Shown in pieces: positions 20,481-30,775 of a stretch of 64,000 bases of DNA (positions within the stretch are counted from its first letter, which is position 1; each line of letters begins with the position of its first letter). A program made the translations under genes and the position numbers. Below the pieces are notes generated by a model. That model saw only the letters and a list, made by a program, of their open reading frames with translations, did not search any database and was not told the origin of the DNA. Source of the DNA: an uncultured archaeon (lineage in GTDB: Archaea; Thermoplasmatota; Thermoplasmata; Thermoplasmatales; Thermoplasmataceae); the NCBI GenBank assembly GCA_000965745.1, contig CP009479.1:1696001-1760000 (forward strand). Direction: 5' to 3'.

Positions 20481-22274
20481 ATGGCAAAATTGCACCATAA
20501 ATTTCTGATAGTTTGGGTAGCAGCGGCTTTTCTTGCAGTAAACTTTATTGCAGTAGCTCATGCGGCCACCCAGCCTGCACCCAGTGGAGAGCTGGTCATA
20601 GGAACAGCTCTTGACACAACATTAAGTGATCTTAATCCACTGACAACAGGGAACAGTCTAGCCAGCGATCTCGTGAAACAGATGTACGCTGATAATCTGA
20701 TGTACATGTGGCCGGATGGAAACCTTACACCATGGCTGGCAAACAGTTACACAGTTACTGAACACAGCAATGGATCTGAATCAATACAGTACAACTTGAA
20801 TCCCAACGCTGATTGGGTAAGTGGTTCAAACGTGACAGGGCCGTTAACATCGAAGGATGTCAAATTCACCTTTGACCTGTTAATGGCAAACAACACGCTT
20901 GACAGCACTGGTGTGACTTCAAATCTAACCTCAGTTGTTGCACCCAACAACACAACAGTTGTGTTCAATTTCAACGCTTCCAGCCCGCTTTGGCTCACAT
21001 ACACATCGCAGCAGGTCATACTCCCATCTTCATGGGCATCCTATGATAATGGAAATCTCGCCTCCCTCGGAGGATTCACCAACCTGAAGGCAAAGATAGG
21101 ACAGGAAATAACAGCAGGTCCTTTCTACCTTAGTAAGTCAACACAGCAGGGAGCAACCCTGACGGCAAACACTCACTTCTGGATGGGTTCACCCAAAATC
21201 GCCAAGGTTTACTTCGAGCAGTTCAAATCGACAGCGGCTTCAACAGAGGCACTGAAAACCGGTGCAATAGCAGCTGAATTCCCGTCGCTGAGCGATTACA
21301 ACTCTCTGTCACTAACAGCAAACATAACAAATGTAGTGTTTCCCGAGCCCTGGATATTCAACCTTTGGATGAATGACCAGGTAAGTCCGTTCAACAACAC
21401 ACACCTTAGGCAAGGATTCGCATACGCAATCAACAAACAGCAGATCATAAAGAAGGCAGAAGACGGCCAGGGGGCTGCCGGACCAAGCAACACATCATAC
21501 GGTGGACTTCCAACAGTGCTTAAGCAGGACTGGGCATCTGGCCTGACATACTACGCCTATAATGTCACCAAGGCAAAACAGGAAATCACAATGGCTGGAT
21601 ACAATCTGAGCAACTCAGGATATTTCACCAACAATACAACCGGTGCTACCCTGAACGTAACAATAGTTGACCCGCCAATCGCAGACTGGGAGGCCGCGGC
21701 GACATTCATCGTAGCAGACCTTCAGGCTGTGGGCGTGAAAGCATCTCTGCAGATAACCCCGATAAGCACATGGGCCTCGGATGTCTTTAACATAAGCAAC
21801 TTCCAGAGCGGAATAATGACATATTTCGGATATGTTCCTTCCTACACCAATGCTTACTATGACCTTGCTGACCTTTACTCGTATGACGGAGGAAGCAACT
21901 TCAATGTCGAGAACTTCAACAGTTCTACTCTGAACAGCTATTTCCAGAATGCATCCAGGACGACAAACACATCAGTGATAAGCTCAAATCTATCTAATGC
22001 ACAGCATCTGATCGACAGTCAGGTCCCAGTAATACAGATAGGAAACGCCTACAACTACTATGCCTACAACAACAAGCAGGTACAGGGATTCGTTTCTAAC
22101 CTGACAATCAACGACCCGTACAACCTGATGCAGGTATATGCCGTAAAGGGAGCGACTGGACCAGGTCTCTCTGGCACAACACTGTATGAAATAATCGGTG
22201 GCGTCGTAGCTGCAATTGTCATCATAGGTGGAGTTGCATACGGGGTTAGGAAAAGAGGCAAGAAGGAAGACTGA
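20481..22274 (+). CDS. Peptide ABC transporter solute-binding protein (family 5), C-terminally anchored
   Basis: Signal peptide, LNPL, TSKDVKFTF, AGPF, C-terminal TM plus basic tail; TTTAAG box about 25 nt before ATG 20481. Confidence 0.88.
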   Translation: MAKLHHKFLIVWVAAAFLAVNFIAVAHAATQPAPSGELVIGTALDTTLSDLNPLTTGNSLASDLVKQMYADNLMYMWPDGNLTPWLANSYTVTEHSNGSESIQYNLNPNADWVSGSNVTGPLTSKDVKFTFDLLMANNTLDSTGVTSNLTSVVAPNNTTVVFNFNASSPLWLTYTSQQVILPSSWASYDNGNLASLGGFTNLKAKIGQEITAGPFYLSKSTQQGATLTANTHFWMGSPKIAKVYFEQFKSTAASTEALKTGAIAAEFPSLSDYNSLSLTANITNVVFPEPWIFNLWMNDQVSPFNNTHLRQGFAYAINKQQIIKKAEDGQGAAGPSNTSYGGLPTVLKQDWASGLTYYAYNVTKAKQEITMAGYNLSNSGYFTNNTTGATLNVTIVDPPIADWEAAATFIVADLQAVGVKASLQITPISTWASDVFNISNFQSGIMTYFGYVPSYTNAYYDLADLYSYDGGSNFNVENFNSSTLNSYFQNASRTTNTSVISSNLSNAQHLIDSQVPVIQIGNAYNYYAYNNKQVQGFVSNLTINDPYNLMQVYAVKGATGPGLSGTTLYEIIGGVVAAIVIIGGVAYGVRKRGKKED

Positions 22275-22307
22275 TAATGAACGGATATGATATCGAGCGT
22301 GTAAGAT

Positions 22308-23309
22308 ATGATTACTAAAAGATATCTGATAACCCGTTCAATCTATGCTATTGCAACGACCTTCGTTGCAATAGTAATAAATTTTTTATTACCAAGATTA
22401 ACACCAGGAAACCCGGCGGTTACTGCCCTTGCAACAACATATCATTATTTGCCGCCTGGAAAATTGAAATTGCTTGAATCCCAGTTTGGCCTCACTAACG
22501 CACCGTTGTATGTACAGTTTGAAACTTATTTCTGGAACCTTCTGCATGGCAATCTGGGATTTTCTTTCCATTATTACCCTGAGACCGTGACGCAGGTTAT
22601 AGCACAGCATCTTCCATGGACTCTTTTCCTTCTGGGAACCGCCACCCTTATCTCATCATTCCTCGGTGTTGTCATCGGCAGGATCACTGGCTGGATGAGC
22701 GGCACTAAGGGAGAGACAACCCTTTCTTCCATATTTATCGCCCTCACCTCACTTCCCTACTTCTGGTTTGCAATCATCCTGCAGCTGGTTCTCGCTGTGG
22801 ACCTCGTCATAAACGGGTTCAGGTTTTTCCCCATCAATGGTTCTTACTCAGTATTTGTTACCCCGGGTGTAAACCTTCCCTTCATCATTAGTGCATTAAG
22901 GCACAGCCTTTTGCCGCTGATCTCAATTGTGGTCACGGCTTTCCCCGGGTTCGCCCTCACAATGCGTAATACCATGGTGAATCTCAATAAAGAGGATTAT
23001 ATAACGATGGCAAAGGCCAAGGGGTTAAGGGAGTCGCATATTGTAAAGAAATACGCGGCACGAAATGCGGTCCTTCCGGTTTCAACACACATTGTCCTGG
23101 CCTTCGGATATATAGTGGCAGGCGCTTTCTTTGTGGAGATTGTTTTCGGTTACCAGGGGATTGGCTACGTGCTCTATGAAGCCGTAACATCACAGGATTT
23201 CCCACTGACGGATGGAATTTTCCTCGTTATAACTCTAACAGTCATAATCGCGAATTTTGCGGCAGACCTGCTCTATGCATACCTTGATCCAAGGGTACAG
23301 TTAAGGTGA
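22308..23309 (+). CDS. dppB: Peptide ABC transporter permease (DppB/OppB)
   Basis: PGNP, LPWTLFL, EDYITMAKAKGL, YAYLDPRV. Confidence 0.9.
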   Translation: MITKRYLITRSIYAIATTFVAIVINFLLPRLTPGNPAVTALATTYHYLPPGKLKLLESQFGLTNAPLYVQFETYFWNLLHGNLGFSFHYYPETVTQVIAQHLPWTLFLLGTATLISSFLGVVIGRITGWMSGTKGETTLSSIFIALTSLPYFWFAIILQLVLAVDLVINGFRFFPINGSYSVFVTPGVNLPFIISALRHSLLPLISIVVTAFPGFALTMRNTMVNLNKEDYITMAKAKGLRESHIVKKYAARNAVLPVSTHIVLAFGYIVAGAFFVEIVFGYQGIGYVLYEAVTSQDFPLTDGIFLVITLTVIIANFAADLLYAYLDPRVQLR

Positions 23310-23315
23310 GGCAAA

Positions 23316-24209
23316 GTGATAGGAAATTATCAAAATGAAACAGAAATAAAGAAGAAAGGCGGGCTTGTGGGTTCTGAAAACCTACTTGTGTCCCTTTTCA
23401 GGAATAAGAAGAGCAGAGCAGGACTCATAGTGTTTGTAATCTTTGCCTTTATTGGAATAGTTGGCCCTTTCCTTGCTCCCTACAGTGCATCATACACAGG
23501 AGGAGCTAATTTCCAGCCGCCTACGAATGCACACCTGCTTGGCACCGATTATATCGGCCACGATGTACTGTCATGGTTCCTTGTGGGGACCGGCGTATCG
23601 CTTTACGTAGGGTTGACGGTAGCCCTGATATCCGTTGCAATAGGGTCGATCGTGGGTCTGGCTTCAGGATATTATGGAGGCATCGTGGACAGCGCATTGA
23701 TGAGAGTAGTAGACATTCTACTCATTCTACCTGGATTCCCGCTTCTTGTCATCCTGTCGGCATATCTTCCCCCAACAAACACTACCACGATCCTCATTCT
23801 GGCAATATTAAGCTGGCCCTTCATGTCAAGGGTGATCAGGTCTCAGGTACTGACTCTAAAGGAACGCCCCTTCATCAAGGCGGCTGTTCTTTCAGGCATG
23901 TCCGGCTCAAAGATCATCTTCAAGGAGATATTCAAGCATGTGATGCCACTGATCGCGATCAACACCGTCTACCTCATGGTTGCAGCAATCGTGGCTCAGG
24001 CAGGATTGGCATTCTTTGGACTTGGAGACCTCAATTCAGTTAATTGGGGCACGTCATTATACTGGGCCCAGACCGAAGATGCTGTGATCTACAATGCCTG
24101 GTGGTGGATTGTTCCCCCCGGAATCTCCATTGCAGTGCTTGGTATAGCAGCTAATCTTTTCGGGTCAGGGCTCACGGAAGTGTCAGGTGAAAAGGCAGGT
24201 GAAATCTGA
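23316..24209 (+). CDS. dppC: Peptide ABC transporter permease (DppC/OppC)
   Basis: HLLGTDYIGHDV, FIKAA..SG, AWWWIVPPG. Confidence 0.9.
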   Translation: MIGNYQNETEIKKKGGLVGSENLLVSLFRNKKSRAGLIVFVIFAFIGIVGPFLAPYSASYTGGANFQPPTNAHLLGTDYIGHDVLSWFLVGTGVSLYVGLTVALISVAIGSIVGLASGYYGGIVDSALMRVVDILLILPGFPLLVILSAYLPPTNTTTILILAILSWPFMSRVIRSQVLTLKERPFIKAAVLSGMSGSKIIFKEIFKHVMPLIAINTVYLMVAAIVAQAGLAFFGLGDLNSVNWGTSLYWAQTEDAVIYNAWWWIVPPGISIAVLGIAANLFGSGLTEVSGEKAGEI

Positions 24210-25180
24210 TGAATGACTTATTGTCCATAAGAGGTCTAGAAACAGTGTTTGACACCAAGAGGGGAACAGTCAAGGCCCTGCGTTCGCTGGATCTTGATAT
24301 CCACAAGGGGGAAACTCTGGCCCTGGTCGGGGAATCCGGCTCTGGAAAATCCACTCTCGGGCTCTCGATAATGAGGCTTATAGAAAGTCCGGGCAGGATT
24401 GCAGAAGGAAGTATAATACTACACGCTACTGAAGATGTGGATGTCACTTCCCTTAAGGGTGGCAAACTGAGGAGATTCAGGTGGAAGAAGGTTGCAATGG
24501 TATTCCAGTCCGCCATGAATGTCCTTAATCCGGTAATGAGAATAGAAGACCAGTTCATAGACGCATTAGAGGCACATGATATTGACAAGTCAGAAATCTC
24601 CGGAAGGATAGACCATTATCTGAAGCTTGCGGGCCTTGGGCCCAAGGTAAGGAGGCTTTACCCGCATGAACTGAGTGGCGGGATGAGACAGAGAGTGAAT
24701 ATCGCCCTTGCACTCAGCTGCGAACCGGATCTACTTATTGCGGATGAACCTACTACCGCACTGGATGTTGTGGTCCAGAAGGAGATACTGAAATCCCTGA
24801 ACACATTGAAGAAACAGCTCGGGCTTACCATAATTTTCATTACCCATGATATATCGGTGGCCGCTTCCGTGGCAGACAGGATGGCCATTTTCTATGCAGG
24901 CAGGATTGTGGAGATAGGGCCTAAGGAAGAGGTCATAAACAGGCCGAGGCATCCGTACTCCAAGGCACTTCTTTCATCCATAATCACCCTGAATACAAAG
25001 CGGGGTCAGGATCTCATTTCGCTAAAGGGGAATCCGCCTGATCTGATCACGCCCATTGAAGGCTGCAGTTTCCACAACAGATGCCCTTCTGCCCGACCAG
25101 AATGCCTGAAATACAAACCGGTTGAGAGTTTAGTATCGTCCGACCACTACGTAGAGTGTCTATACCCGATTGGTGAATAG
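24209..25180 (+). CDS. dppD: Peptide ABC transporter ATPase (DppD/OppD)
   Basis: GESGSGKS, LSGGMRQR, ADEPTTALD, C-terminal oligo_HPY with Cys cluster. Confidence 0.92.
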   Translation: MNDLLSIRGLETVFDTKRGTVKALRSLDLDIHKGETLALVGESGSGKSTLGLSIMRLIESPGRIAEGSIILHATEDVDVTSLKGGKLRRFRWKKVAMVFQSAMNVLNPVMRIEDQFIDALEAHDIDKSEISGRIDHYLKLAGLGPKVRRLYPHELSGGMRQRVNIALALSCEPDLLIADEPTTALDVVVQKEILKSLNTLKKQLGLTIIFITHDISVAASVADRMAIFYAGRIVEIGPKEEVINRPRHPYSKALLSSIITLNTKRGQDLISLKGNPPDLITPIEGCSFHNRCPSARPECLKYKPVESLVSSDHYVECLYPIGE

Positions 25181-25192
25181 GATTGATGTTTC

Positions 25193-26203
25193 ATGTTTGC
25201 TAAATCAGAAAGGAAAGTTGAAGAGAACGTTTCAAGCAGCTCGGTCTCAGGCACTGATGTCATGAGATTCGAGAATGTGACAAAGATTTACAAAAGCGGC
25301 CCCATCGTGAATTATGCACTTGACGACGTGAGCTTCAGCCTTAGAAAGGGGGAGACCATCTCCATAGTCGGGGAAAGTGGCAGCGGCAAAACAACCTTGG
25401 GAATGGCAGCGATAAATTTATTGAACTATGACAGGGGAACAATCTATTTTGAAAACATGCCGGTAAAAAAACTCAACAGGAAACAGAGAAAGAAATTCAG
25501 GGCTGGTTCACAGATGATTTTCCAGGATCCATATGGATCTCTTAACCCATACAATTCGGTATATGACTCTGTAGTAGCTCCTCTAAACAGTTTCAGGCCA
25601 GATTTGTCTCGTTCACAGAAAAGGGAGGAGGTCCTCAAAATGCTTGACAAAGTAGGGCTAAGGCCTGCGGAGTCATACATTGACGAATTTCCGAAGAAAC
25701 TGTCAGGTGGCCAGAGGCAGAGAGTCTCGATAGCCCGTGCATTGATCATGCGCCCTGAGCTCATCATCGCCGATGAACCAACTTCTATGCTCGACGTGTC
25801 TGTCAGTTCAACCGTTATGACACTGCTGAATCATCTTAAAGAGGAGATGAATTTCTCCATGCTGTACATCTCCCACGAGCTAGCAACAGCACGTTACATT
25901 TCCGAAAGAATGGCGGTTATGAACCTTGGAAGGATAGTAGAAATCGGAGGGTCAGACAGCATCGTGGATCACCCTTTGCACCCGTACACGAAGCTACTGC
26001 TCACCTCGATGCCCGATGTCAATAACAGCAACTCGGAGGAAATGGACGTGACACTGGATTTCGACATCTACAATGGAGGGATAAAGGGCTGCAGTTTCGC
26101 TACCATGTGCCCCTTTGTCAGGGAGAACTGCAAAGAATCAAGGCCCGAATTGAACAAAGTGGAAGAAGACCACTACGTCGCCTGTTTCTACCCGTTGACA
26201 TAA
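25193..26203 (+). CDS. dppF: Peptide ABC transporter ATPase (DppF/OppF)
   Basis: GESGSGKT, FQDPYGSLNP, LSGGQRQR, ADEPTSMLD, HPYT. Confidence 0.92.
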   Translation: MFAKSERKVEENVSSSSVSGTDVMRFENVTKIYKSGPIVNYALDDVSFSLRKGETISIVGESGSGKTTLGMAAINLLNYDRGTIYFENMPVKKLNRKQRKKFRAGSQMIFQDPYGSLNPYNSVYDSVVAPLNSFRPDLSRSQKREEVLKMLDKVGLRPAESYIDEFPKKLSGGQRQRVSIARALIMRPELIIADEPTSMLDVSVSSTVMTLLNHLKEEMNFSMLYISHELATARYISERMAVMNLGRIVEIGGSDSIVDHPLHPYTKLLLTSMPDVNNSNSEEMDVTLDFDIYNGGIKGCSFATMCPFVRENCKESRPELNKVEEDHYVACFYPLT

Positions 26204-26267
26204 CGAAGGCCTTAGTAATGCATTCAAGGTACAATTCCAGCATTTTTCCTGGAGCAGGAGGGTAAGG

Positions 26268-26822
26268 ATGCAGTCAGATACGGCCGTTGTTATATTGGGA
26301 ATGAGGGTTGGATTGGGCGGCCCCGGGGAAGAACTTGCAGGAAGGATCAGGGTTGCCATGTCAGTCGCATCAAGGATCGACCCAGAATACATAGTACTGA
26401 CCGGAGGGGTTACAAGCCATGAGACCTCAAGCTCCGAAGCCGAAGAGATGTTCACACACATCATAGAGAATTACCCTGAGAGTGACAACACATTTATCCT
26501 GGAGGATGAGGCTCTCGATACTCTTGGGAATGGCATTTTCACACGTGAGAAGCTGAAGGAATACCCTGAGATAACTAAATTACACATTGTCACCAGTTGC
26601 TACCATCTTCACAGAAGCCAATTTATCTTTGCCAGGAGTTTTTCGAACGAATACCTGACCATTGTCGAAGAATGCTTCGACTGCGACTCCAATAACGCAA
26701 CAATGGAGCAGCAAAAGCTGGCCGAAGCCCATGAATTTTTCAGGAGGGCGGAGGAGTCAGGGACCTGCTATATGGATGCACTGCTGGAAACTGAGATATA
26801 CCTTGGAAAGAAGGTATATTGA
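26268..26822 (+). CDS. YdcF/DUF218 (SanA/ElyC-like) family protein
   Basis: VILG, VLTGG, SEAEEM, LEDEALDTLGN, VTSCYHLHRS. Confidence 0.8.
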   Translation: MQSDTAVVILGMRVGLGGPGEELAGRIRVAMSVASRIDPEYIVLTGGVTSHETSSSEAEEMFTHIIENYPESDNTFILEDEALDTLGNGIFTREKLKEYPEITKLHIVTSCYHLHRSQFIFARSFSNEYLTIVEECFDCDSNNATMEQQKLAEAHEFFRRAEESGTCYMDALLETEIYLGKKVY

Positions 26823-26839
26823 ATTTCAGGACAGTTCCT

Positions 26840-28075
26840 CTACGGCCTCCTTTTCTTCATGTAATAATAAGAGGAACCTCCTGCCACTGCAGCAACAGGG
26901 ACGGCCATGACTGCGATGGATGTGGGCTGTCCAAGGCCAAGGATGTTTAATCCCTGACTGCCGACATATATTGTCATGTTGTAATATGCAGTTCCATTGC
27001 TTCCCGCTGCCTTGAGCTCAATGTTGTTATTTCCGTCACTGACTGCAACATCAGTGATCTGGGAAGATGAGACTTCTTTGCCATTCAGGTACCAGGTGTA
27101 TGAATAATTCCCGAATCCCACACCATCGGGGTATGAGGATATAAGCTTAATATCTGCAGCCTTTGAAACTGAAACATGAGTCTTATTCAGAACTTCAGAA
27201 CCAGCAAGGCCCGTAATGTGGACAGTTTTCTGTGAAGAGATCGTCGGCATATGAATGTAGATAGCGGAAACGTTCTTTCCGTGCAGTGTGAGCATACCGA
27301 AGAAGCTGATGTTCTGGTCTGTGCCTGGATAATATGTCCAAATAGCAGCAGGATCGGTCTGCACGACCTGTCCGTTGCCAATGTAGAGCATTGCATGGCC
27401 ATTTCCGACGCCTCCATCAGCTATTACATCACCGGGGGAGATTATGTATTGCGGAAGAATGCTGTCATTTGTCACATAGAAAACCGAAGCGTGGGGGGAA
27501 CCCGTGTAATTGCCGGATGTACCGTTAAAGCCGGGAATGGGCTGGTACATCATTATCTTCTCCTGTGTTGCATTATTTGGAAATACCGGGAGGTCGTATC
27601 CTGCAAGATAGTCTGCAAGCCTGTAGACACCAACTATTCCGTAGCTTCCCGGGAAACCGGACTGGTATGTGCTCAGGTTGTCCCCGGGCGGATTGGAAGC
27701 CAGTGCAGTAAGCCCACCTGCAATAAGGGCTTCAGAGACAAAATGCGCACAGTCCTCCGAATTAAAATAATCCATGTTGTTTTGCATTATCGACTGGTTG
27801 ATTCCTGCAGGGTAATTGATGTTGTGAAAATAGCCCTTATGGACCATTTCAGCATAATTTACAGCAGCTGAAGTGTTGTAGTAATATCCCTGATAATAGT
27901 AACTGTTGCTGTTTGACAGTGAATAAGTGGATGCAATCGGTGCAGTTTTATTCCCCTGATAGTGCACAACGGCAAATGAAAAGACCAGCACGAGGCAGAG
28001 CATGGCGGTAATGGAAACTGTTATTGTGACGGGAATCCTGTTTATGGAACCGGTAGAAGCACTCCGGAACTTCAT
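26840..28075 (-). CDS. Exported, membrane-anchored putative amidase (Amidase_6 / NlpC-P60-superfamily domain plus PKD-like domain)
   Basis: N-terminal TM; YNTSAAVNYA...EDCAHFVSEALIAGG (catalytic Cys), PGDVI...GHAMLYIG (His); YSYTWYLNG Ig/PKD-like segment; C-terminal TM plus KKRR; TAAATATA box upstream of ATG 28075. Confidence 0.7.
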   Translation of the reverse strand: MKFRSASTGSINRIPVTITVSITAMLCLVLVFSFAVVHYQGNKTAPIASTYSLSNSNSYYYQGYYYNTSAAVNYAEMVHKGYFHNINYPAGINQSIMQNNMDYFNSEDCAHFVSEALIAGGLTALASNPPGDNLSTYQSGFPGSYGIVGVYRLADYLAGYDLPVFPNNATQEKIMMYQPIPGFNGTSGNYTGSPHASVFYVTNDSILPQYIISPGDVIADGGVGNGHAMLYIGNGQVVQTDPAAIWTYYPGTDQNISFFGMLTLHGKNVSAIYIHMPTISSQKTVHITGLAGSEVLNKTHVSVSKAADIKLISSYPDGVGFGNYSYTWYLNGKEVSSSQITDVAVSDGNNNIELKAAGSNGTAYYNMTIYVGSQGLNILGLGQPTSIAVMAVPVAAVAGGSSYYYMKKRRP

Positions 28076-28270
28076 AGCGCATTGATCACTGTAAATATAT
28101 TTAGAACTTGCCACCGCGATGGGTTCACAATAAAATAATGGCTTGGATGAGACGAGCACAGGAAAGACCGAACTTAATGTGGAATGTTATCTTATGTGGC
28201 GAACACCTGCCTCTTGATACCAGCGGAAGTTCAAGGCAAGTAATATATAATAACTTATTTTAAGCCAACA

Positions 28271-29671
28271 ATGAGGGCGGGGCAGTTCATTCAGTGCGGC
28301 ATCAGGGGTTTTGAAAGAGAAGAAAGTCTAAGGCACATTTCGAGACTTCTGCCTGCATCCATTTCACTATTCAGGGGAGATTACAGGGATGAGGAAGACC
28401 TTCAGGCCCTCATCAGGCAGATAAACAGAATCTACAAAGTGGACAATGCCACTCCCGAGCCGTATATTGCAATCGACCAGGAAGGGGGAAACGTCGTAAG
28501 GCTACCCTGGCTAAACTACAGCCCCGGAAATTACCTCCTGGGAAGATTGGACAACACCAACCTTACAAAATTCGCTGGCATGCTGGCCGGTTATGACCTT
28601 TATTCCAGGGGGATCAGGTGGAATCTTGCCCCTGTTCTCGACGTACTTAACTCATACAACCCAGTGCTTCTGGAAAGAAGCTTCGGGGAGGACATCGACC
28701 TCATTGCAAGGCACGGTGAAGCTTATATCAGGGGACTCCAAAGCTATGGTGTGGGTGGGACGGCAAAACATTTCCCGGGGCATGGTGGAGTTCTCGAGGA
28801 CTCCCATTTAGAACTCCCCAAGGACAGGAGACCTCTCAGCAGCATAATGAATGATGCTTACCCGTTCAGGAAGGCCATAGAGGCAGGAGTGAAATCAGTG
28901 ATGATGTCTCATGTTCTTTATGAATCATTAGACCCTGATTTTCCCGCTTCCCTTTCCCCTAAAATATATGATCTGGCCAGGAATGAGTTCGGCTTTAGAG
29001 GATTGATTGTTACGGATTCGGTTGATATGCTGGCAATAAAGGATAATTTTTCACCCCAGGAGATCGTAAAATATTCGCTTGGAAATGGTGCAGACCTGCT
29101 TGAATGTGCTGACCTCGGCACTTCACTTGAGCTGTCCGGGCATGTTCTCAGTGTAGACAGCGAGAAGCTGAAAAGGAAAGTTGAACATATAGCAGGTTTC
29201 CCCCCAAAACCGACACTTAGTTTCAAGCCGCCGGAGGTAATAATGACCTCACTATCAGTATTGTCGAATGAATTTATCAGGGGCGTGCCACTGGACCCAT
29301 CCGAACCTGTAAAGATCTTCTTCCTTGACACGAATCCTGACAGCAACGTAGCAGAGCCTTTCTCTTCCTTTGAATTCATAATGAAACAGCTTGGGGATTT
29401 GCACATGGATATTGACATTGGAAACTCAAAGGATTTTGAGGGCTTCAACGGAAAGGAGCAGCAGATGATACTCGTGGGCAGGAATGAGCACATGAAGGAT
29501 AGAATCCAGGATATCAGGGAAAAAACTGCAGAAAACAGCGCTGTATACATTTCAACTAGTATCTCCAAGGATACCGGAACTGTACCGGATACAATTGGGT
29601 ACATCGCCGCTTTTTCCACAAAGGGATATAGCATCTTAGGGGCTATTTACAAGGCTATGGGCCTGATGTGA
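28271..29671 (+). CDS. nagZ: GH3 beta-N-acetylglucosaminidase
   Basis: IAIDQEGGNV.RL, APVLDV, RSFG, NagZ signature KHFPGHG.V.EDSH, TDSVDM nucleophile. Confidence 0.92.
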   Translation: MRAGQFIQCGIRGFEREESLRHISRLLPASISLFRGDYRDEEDLQALIRQINRIYKVDNATPEPYIAIDQEGGNVVRLPWLNYSPGNYLLGRLDNTNLTKFAGMLAGYDLYSRGIRWNLAPVLDVLNSYNPVLLERSFGEDIDLIARHGEAYIRGLQSYGVGGTAKHFPGHGGVLEDSHLELPKDRRPLSSIMNDAYPFRKAIEAGVKSVMMSHVLYESLDPDFPASLSPKIYDLARNEFGFRGLIVTDSVDMLAIKDNFSPQEIVKYSLGNGADLLECADLGTSLELSGHVLSVDSEKLKRKVEHIAGFPPKPTLSFKPPEVIMTSLSVLSNEFIRGVPLDPSEPVKIFFLDTNPDSNVAEPFSSFEFIMKQLGDLHMDIDIGNSKDFEGFNGKEQQMILVGRNEHMKDRIQDIREKTAENSAVYISTSISKDTGTVPDTIGYIAAFSTKGYSILGAIYKAMGLM

Positions 29672-29683
29672 AGTCCGGAGCGA

Positions 29684-30775
29684 TCAATAAATTAGATGAT
29701 TTGACCTGATCTCGAGAAATTCATTGAGATCATCGGCCCATCCTTCCACAAGTTCCGCGAACGGGGCATCTCTCCCCCTTGCCTCCAGAAGGCGGTTCGA
29801 GCCGTACAGGAGGCGGATCCAGTCCTCTCTCAGTTCACATTTTTCCGATTCAAGAAGGTCGTACAGTATTCCTGCCCATACTGAAAGGGGATCATAATCC
29901 CGCCTGTCTGTTATGTGGATGTAATATCCCTGGACCCTTCTCCCCTTTAATGGGCCAAGCAGGGGCGTGAATTCGGTCTCTCTCATCATTATTCCCGGGA
30001 ACTCGGTTTTTATCAACGACCACAGTCCGGGAAAACCAACAATGGAGAACGGATGGGGAGTACCACGGCCCAGGCTGGCATTAATACTTTCAAGTAGGCA
30101 CATTCCCGAATAATTGATAACTGAATCCACAGTCGGAAGGTTCCATGAAATCGGAATGTACGAGGGAACAAGTTCATCATAGTACGCCTTTCGTTTATAC
30201 CCGGTCATCCTGATTATTGTGGGTTCGGCCCCAATATTCCGGTCAAACAGGTGAGCCAGCTCACCGATGGTCATGCCGTATCTCACGGGAATTGTGTCGA
30301 TGCCGACGAAAGACCCGTACTTAGGCTCTAACATGGGCCCACTGACGGTGTTGGAATTCAATGGATTCGGCCTGTCAAGAAGCATAAAGCTTGTTGACTT
30401 CTTCTTTGCTGCTTCCATCACTCTGTAAAGCGTGGAGAGGTATGTATAAAAGCGGACTCCTGCGTCCTGCACATCAAAAATCAGTGTATCAATATCGTCG
30501 AGCTCAGAAACGTCCATTTCCTTTGAATCCTCCTTGTAAAGCGATCTCACCGGTATTCCATGGTAATCTTCATCGGGAACGTTCTCGCCATTTGCAAAAG
30601 TGCTGTAGAATCCATGTTCAGGAGAAAATATCTTGACAATATTGGCCCCATTTCTTCGAAGGTAGTCAACGTTCTGGACAAGGCCAAGGGTGACACCTGT
30701 TATGTTTGTGACCATGCCAATCCTGCCACTGTCCCTTGCCGGATGAAAATTCTCCAGGCCGAATCTGAAACTCAT
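29684..30775 (-). CDS. namZ: Exo-beta-N-acetylmuramidase (DUF1343/GH171)
   Basis: TNITG, FSPEHGF, SLY, FDVQDAGVRFYTYLST, LDRPNPL, RYGMTIGELA, SLGRGT. Confidence 0.9.
   Translation of the reverse strand: MSFRFGLENFHPARDSGRIGMVTNITGVTLGLVQNVDYLRRNGANIVKIFSPEHGFYSTFANGENVPDEDYHGIPVRSLYKEDSKEMDVSELDDIDTLIFDVQDAGVRFYTYLSTLYRVMEAAKKKSTSFMLLDRPNPLNSNTVSGPMLEPKYGSFVGIDTIPVRYGMTIGELAHLFDRNIGAEPTIIRMTGYKRKAYYDELVPSYIPISWNLPTVDSVINYSGMCLLESINASLGRGTPHPFSIVGFPGLWSLIKTEFPGIMMRETEFTPLLGPLKGRRVQGYYIHITDRRDYDPLSVWAGILYDLLESEKCELREDWIRLLYGSNRLLEARGRDAPFAELVEGWADDLNEFLEIRSNHLIY

Noticed and set aside
28918-29634. Long antisense ORFs (e.g. 238 aa here, 206 aa at 27251, 221 aa at 55986, 181 aa at 12638)
   Set aside because: They lie opposite well-supported genes and have no recognisable motifs; shadow ORFs
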